The position numbers and the translations under genes were made by a program. 64,000 bases of DNA from an uncultured Spirochaetota bacterium. Lineage in GTDB: Bacteria; Spirochaetota; Brevinematia; Brevinematales; JAOACQ01. The stretch is from contig CAVYGN010000002.1 in NCBI GenBank assembly GCA_963768055.1, positions 1,792,001-1,856,000 on the forward strand, written 5' to 3'. Below the pieces are notes generated by a model that searched no databases, was not told the DNA's origin, and saw nothing but the letters and a program-made list of their open reading frames with translations. Numbering within the stretch: the stretch's first letter is position 1; every line of letters starts with the position of its first letter. Shown here piece by piece: positions 60,057 to 64,000 of this stretch.

Positions 60057-61446
60057 TATAGAAAGCGCTGGACAACTATTTAAACATAGTGAAATGAAAT
60101 ACTTACCTAATTTATCTAATAATATAAAATGTGGCAATTCTCTTATAGCCAGCGATTTTTATGAAAGCAAGGACAGCCTTTTTGATAAAGAAACCTTAAG
60201 ATTAATTAATGCATTTGATTGGGTTGGCTCCAACGGTTTTAAAAAAATCATGGATGAAGGTGGTTTTGATTGTGTGATAGGGAATCCTCCTTGGGGTAGT
60301 TTTATTTCAGAAGAAGAAAAAAAATATTTAATTAAAAAATTTAAGAATAAAAAAGGAGAAGCGGAATCACATTTATATTTTATTGAAAAAGGTATGATAT
60401 TATTAAATCAAAGTGGTTTGTTAGGCTATATAACACCTAATACTTGGTTAACAGTTATAAATTCAGCGGAAATAAGAAATTATTTACTTCAAAATTATTC
60501 AATTAAACATATTCGAGAGTTATCAAAATATATATTCAAAGATGCTCCTGATATAGTTCCTATTCTTGTTTTTATTTCAAAGGATAAGAGCAATAAAACA
60601 TGTGATGCACAATTATCAACAGAAATAAAAATTCAAGAATCTAATTTCAAACTATCCTTTATTTCTAATAAAATTAACCAAGAAACCTGGCTTAATAGTA
60701 ATATGAGTATTATTAACTTAAGATTATCTAAAAGTGTTAAGAGTATTTTAAATAAATGTAATGAAATAAAAAATCATTTAATTGATCTTACAGATATTTT
60801 ATATGGAATAAAAACAGGAGATAATGAAAAATATTTATCATTTCAACCTTTTGAAAATAATTGTGTAAAAGCTTTGAAGACAGGTGAAATTAAGCGTTAT
60901 TATTTAGAATGGAAAGGTTTATATCTTAAATGGAATCCCAATCTTGCAGGCTATAGACAAACCCCTGTTGATATTCCAAAGATTATTATTCAATATATAA
61001 GAAAAATAAGCATGCCAAGAAGAATTATTGCTGCTTTAGATGAAGATGGGGTTTATTATCCGTTGAATAATTACTCTTATGTAATATTAAAACCGAATCA
61101 AGTCTTTTCATTAAAGTACATACTCGGAATTCTTAATTCTAATCTCATAAATTATTATTTCTCAAATACATTTATTGATTACAATATTAAACCTACTTAT
61201 CTTCAGTTATTGCCAATAGTAAATATTGATTTAAATGATAAAATACTCTTGAATACTTATTCAACAATAATTTCTCTTGTCGATCAAATGATTGCCACAC
61301 AAAAAAGTCTTCAAATTGCTCAAATCGAACAGGATAAGGTATTATTAAACCAACAATTTGAAATTCTTAATAAAAAAATAGATAAATTGGTTTATGAACT
61401 TTATGGTCTAACAGAAGAGGAAATTAAGGTGGTGGAGGGGGAATGA
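60057..61446 (+). pseudogene. C-terminal part of an Eco57I/TaqI-like (type IIG-style) adenine methyltransferase, truncated by the IS
   Basis: NIKCGNSLI, GFDCVIGNPPW, LGILNS, LYGLTEEEI; SAM-binding motif I absent; the frame is open back to the IS end. Confidence 0.8.
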
Positions 61447-61537
61447 TTTTAAAAAGTTTGATTTTTACTTATAAGTTTTATTTATCAGATGTATAAGAAT
61501 TTTATTGGTCTGACTGAGTGTGTCAAGGTAGTGGCAG

Positions 61538-62401
61538 ATGAATGAAAATGAATTTGAAATTTATTATGTGAAACATATTTATGTAAATACTTTTAAAAAA
61601 ATAATAGAGGAATATGAAAAGTTAAAACGAACAAATCATATTTGGCTTTTCAAGGGTCATAGTGATTCTACCTGGCATTTATCTACTATGTTTGAAAGAT
61701 GTTTGAGAAATTATCCAATTGATAATAAAAAAAAGATTGAGATTGAAAAAGAGATCATAAAAGAATTTGAAAGAAAAGCGGCACTTTATCTTGATGAAAT
61801 TCCCGACCATAATAATTATTTGGAATGGCTGTCCCTAATGCGGCATTATGGAGCTCCATGTAGAGCATTGGATTTTACATATTCATTTTATGTAGCTTTA
61901 TATTTTGCAATAGAAGAAATGAAATGGAATGAGAAAGATAATAAAATAAAGAGTTGTGCTGTTTATGCCATAAACAATAACTTATTTAAGTCATCTAAGC
62001 TAAAAAGTAGATATTTATTTATGCCAAATATGGATGGATCAGAATTTGATACTGATAAAAAAAGAAAAAAATTTATTTGGGATAAAGATAATCCTGATAA
62101 TTTTGTGTTCAATTTAACTCCTTATTTTTTGAATAAACGGATTACAATTCAACAAGGTACATTCCTTTTACCCTGGAATATTGAAGAAAAATTTGAAGAT
62201 AATCTAAAAGGAAATTGTGATTTAAATTGCCCCAAAAAATCCCAACATTATATAAAAAAAATGATTATTACATTAACAAAAAAAGAAAGAAAAGAAATCA
62301 TTCAAGAACTCCATAAAATGAATATCAATAAAGCGACATTATTTCCTGGAATTACAGGTTTTGCCGAATCTCTCAGCATTAGGTTGGAACTTGATAAATG
62401 A
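61538..62401 (+). CDS. FRG-domain protein
   Basis: WLFKGH, MRHYGAPCRALDFT..YVALYFA, NKRITIQQG, TLFPG. Confidence 0.85.
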   Translation: MNENEFEIYYVKHIYVNTFKKIIEEYEKLKRTNHIWLFKGHSDSTWHLSTMFERCLRNYPIDNKKKIEIEKEIIKEFERKAALYLDEIPDHNNYLEWLSLMRHYGAPCRALDFTYSFYVALYFAIEEMKWNEKDNKIKSCAVYAINNNLFKSSKLKSRYLFMPNMDGSEFDTDKKRKKFIWDKDNPDNFVFNLTPYFLNKRITIQQGTFLLPWNIEEKFEDNLKGNCDLNCPKKSQHYIKKMIITLTKKERKEIIQELHKMNINKATLFPGITGFAESLSIRLELDK

Positions 62402-62759
62402 TTGCTTTTAGATAGGTTGTGAAATGTCAGACCCGAATGAATGAACCTGCAGGAGAGTTGTTGAAGCGGATTATTGAGGAGAAGGGATGAAATAATGAAC
62501 AATTTTTCAATATATAAATACTTACCCAACGATTTTGCTGATAACTTTATTACAAAAGGTGAAGTCCTTTTTAGACCTCTAACTTATTTTATAAAAGAAT
62601 TTAATGAAAAAATTACTCTGATATCAGATATTTTTATATTTATACTTATGGCCATGTATTTTATTAGTTCAATATAAACAGGTATATAAATCGGAATTTC
62701 CCATTATAATAAATGTTTTGTCTTTTCCCTCTGCATTTCCATTCCAGCCTGCCACATTG

Positions 62760-62795
62760 AATTTTGATAAAAGCGCCAAGAGGGGATAGAATAAA
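62760..62795 (+). repeat. 36-bp promoter-containing direct repeat, copy 1
   Basis: 35/36 identical to 63887-63922; TTGATA-N17-TAGAAT. Confidence 0.85.
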
Positions 62796-62828
62796 GGAAT
62801 GTCAACAAATAAATTTTAAGGGGAAGAT

Positions 62829-63194
62829 ATGAAAATAAAAACACGAGAACAAATTCCATCTGAAGCTATTGTTGAGCGTTATGGTGTTAATAAAGAGCTT
62901 GTGATTGGTGAATATGATGATTCTAACCAGATTGTATTAAGAATAATAAGTCTTGATGTAAACAAGTTTATTCCTGTCCATATACATGATTTTCCTCATA
63001 TCTGGAAGATTGAAAAAGGTCTTGGCTTATTAACTGATAATGATGGTATTGAGCATAGAGTAGAGGCAGGGCAATTCCTTTTTATTAAAAATAATGAAAA
63101 ACATGGTATTAGAAACATTGGGGATGATAAACTTGAATATTTATGCTTCGGGACAATTGAAAGCGAAAAAATAGCTCCTCAAAAAGCTGATTAA
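62829..63194 (+). CDS. Cupin-domain protein
   Basis: PVHIHDFPH...G.G and FIKNNEKHGIRN. Confidence 0.85.
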   Translation: MKIKTREQIPSEAIVERYGVNKELVIGEYDDSNQIVLRIISLDVNKFIPVHIHDFPHIWKIEKGLGLLTDNDGIEHRVEAGQFLFIKNNEKHGIRNIGDDKLEYLCFGTIESEKIAPQKAD

Positions 63195-63235
63195 AAAGAT
63201 TTTTGGAGTATTAATGGTTCGATTATACTGGAGGC

Positions 63236-63847
63236 ATGATGAGTAATGAAATACAATCTCTTGGATTTAATCCGACTGGTATAAAAGGAAAATTTACTGG
63301 TATTTTAATGAATATTATTCATGGCAATCAATATAAAAAAATTATTAAAAAATACATACTGAATAGAGTTAATTCAAGAGATGAGCTTAAAATATTAGAT
63401 ATTGGTTGTGGAGGAGGAAAAGCAGTAAATATTTTTTCAATATTGTTAATGAACTCAAAAATTTATGGAATTGACCATTCCGCTGATATGGTAGCTCTTT
63501 CAGGCAAAGTCAATAAAAAAGGCATTAAAGAGGGTAATGTTGAAATAAATCAGGGAGATATAATAGCTCTTCCTTATTCAGATAGATATTTTGACATGAT
63601 AACGGCTTTTGATACTATAAATTTCTGGAATGATTTTAATAAAGCTATTTCTGAAATAATAAGAGTATTGAAAAAAGGCGGGGCTTTCATTATAGTAAAC
63701 GCTTATCCAAAAGAAGGGACAAAATGGTGGGATTTTGTAAAATTTAAAAATGATAGTGAATATCGGGAAGCATTGGTAAAACATAATTTTTCAGATATAA
63801 ATATTATTATTGATAAAAACAATATAATAATACAGGCTAAAAAATAG
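63236..63847 (+). CDS. Class I SAM-dependent methyltransferase
   Basis: ILDIGCGGG, YGIDHS, FDMITAF. Confidence 0.85.
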   Translation: MMSNEIQSLGFNPTGIKGKFTGILMNIIHGNQYKKIIKKYILNRVNSRDELKILDIGCGGGKAVNIFSILLMNSKIYGIDHSADMVALSGKVNKKGIKEGNVEINQGDIIALPYSDRYFDMITAFDTINFWNDFNKAISEIIRVLKKGGAFIIVNAYPKEGTKWWDFVKFKNDSEYREALVKHNFSDINIIIDKNNIIIQAKK

Positions 63848-63886
63848 TCTATTGCTCTTCCCCCCTCTGCTTTGCCAGACTCTAAT

Positions 63887-63922
63887 AATTTTGATAAAAG
63901 CGCCAGGAGGGGATAGAATAAA
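63887..63922 (+). repeat. 36-bp promoter-containing direct repeat, copy 2
   Basis: Match to 62760-62795; followed by an RBS and ATG at 63944. Confidence 0.85.
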
Positions 63923-64000
63923 AGAAATAAATGAAGGAATATTATGGATACAAATGAAATAAATGATATTGAAATGATAAAATTATTAATTGAAATAATT

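Larger units (their letters stand above)
49422..64000. mobile_element. tRNA-Ala-associated composite genomic island; right end beyond the window
   Basis: Abrupt AT enrichment after the tRNA, integrases next to it, IS, phage remnants and defence-type genes. Confidence 0.8.

Noticed and set aside
61507..62433. 8-bp inverted repeat GGTCTGAC/GTCAGACC flanking the FRG gene as an invertible segment
   Set aside because: Too short to distinguish from chance without read evidence
62474..62677. 67-aa ORF as an intact gene
   Set aside because: Looks like a truncated N-terminus running into low-complexity AT-rich sequence; no function supportable
56326..64000. Classical integron
   Set aside because: No IntI-specific insertion recognised and no RYYYAAC...GTTRRRY attC sites seen at gene junctions

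Overview
Bacterial chromosome window, probably from a spirochaete (inferred from the spirochaete-type RpoZ, LA_2272-like repeat proteins and HDOD/PilZ regulators). Bases 1-49.4 kb are mid-GC host genome. They carry a Hyf/Ehr-type membrane complex operon whose large subunit lacks the N-terminal Ni-binding cysteines, and a beta-glucuronidase / GalU-like / plant-type glucuronokinase-like operon. They also carry an ECF sigma / anti-sigma / exported caspase-like protease module with a duplicated promoter, a quinone/NDH-2 operon, a hybrid kinase with a CheB-CheR fusion, a Ser/Thr kinase-FHA-vWA cluster, a flagellin-like protein with a signal peptide, and an SPT-like enzyme. After tRNA-Ala(CGC) at 49350 an AT-rich island begins and runs off the window. 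It opens with two tandem paralogous tyrosine recombinases, a frameshifted Rep-like gene and a dense array of hairpins followed by a DnaA box. Further on are a third, catalytic-domain-only recombinase, decayed lambda-like head-tail/portal genes, an IS3-family element between two truncated genes, an R-M methyltransferase remnant, an FRG-domain gene, and small genes preceded by a repeated 36-bp promoter module. All calls come from reading motifs by eye; no searches were run.
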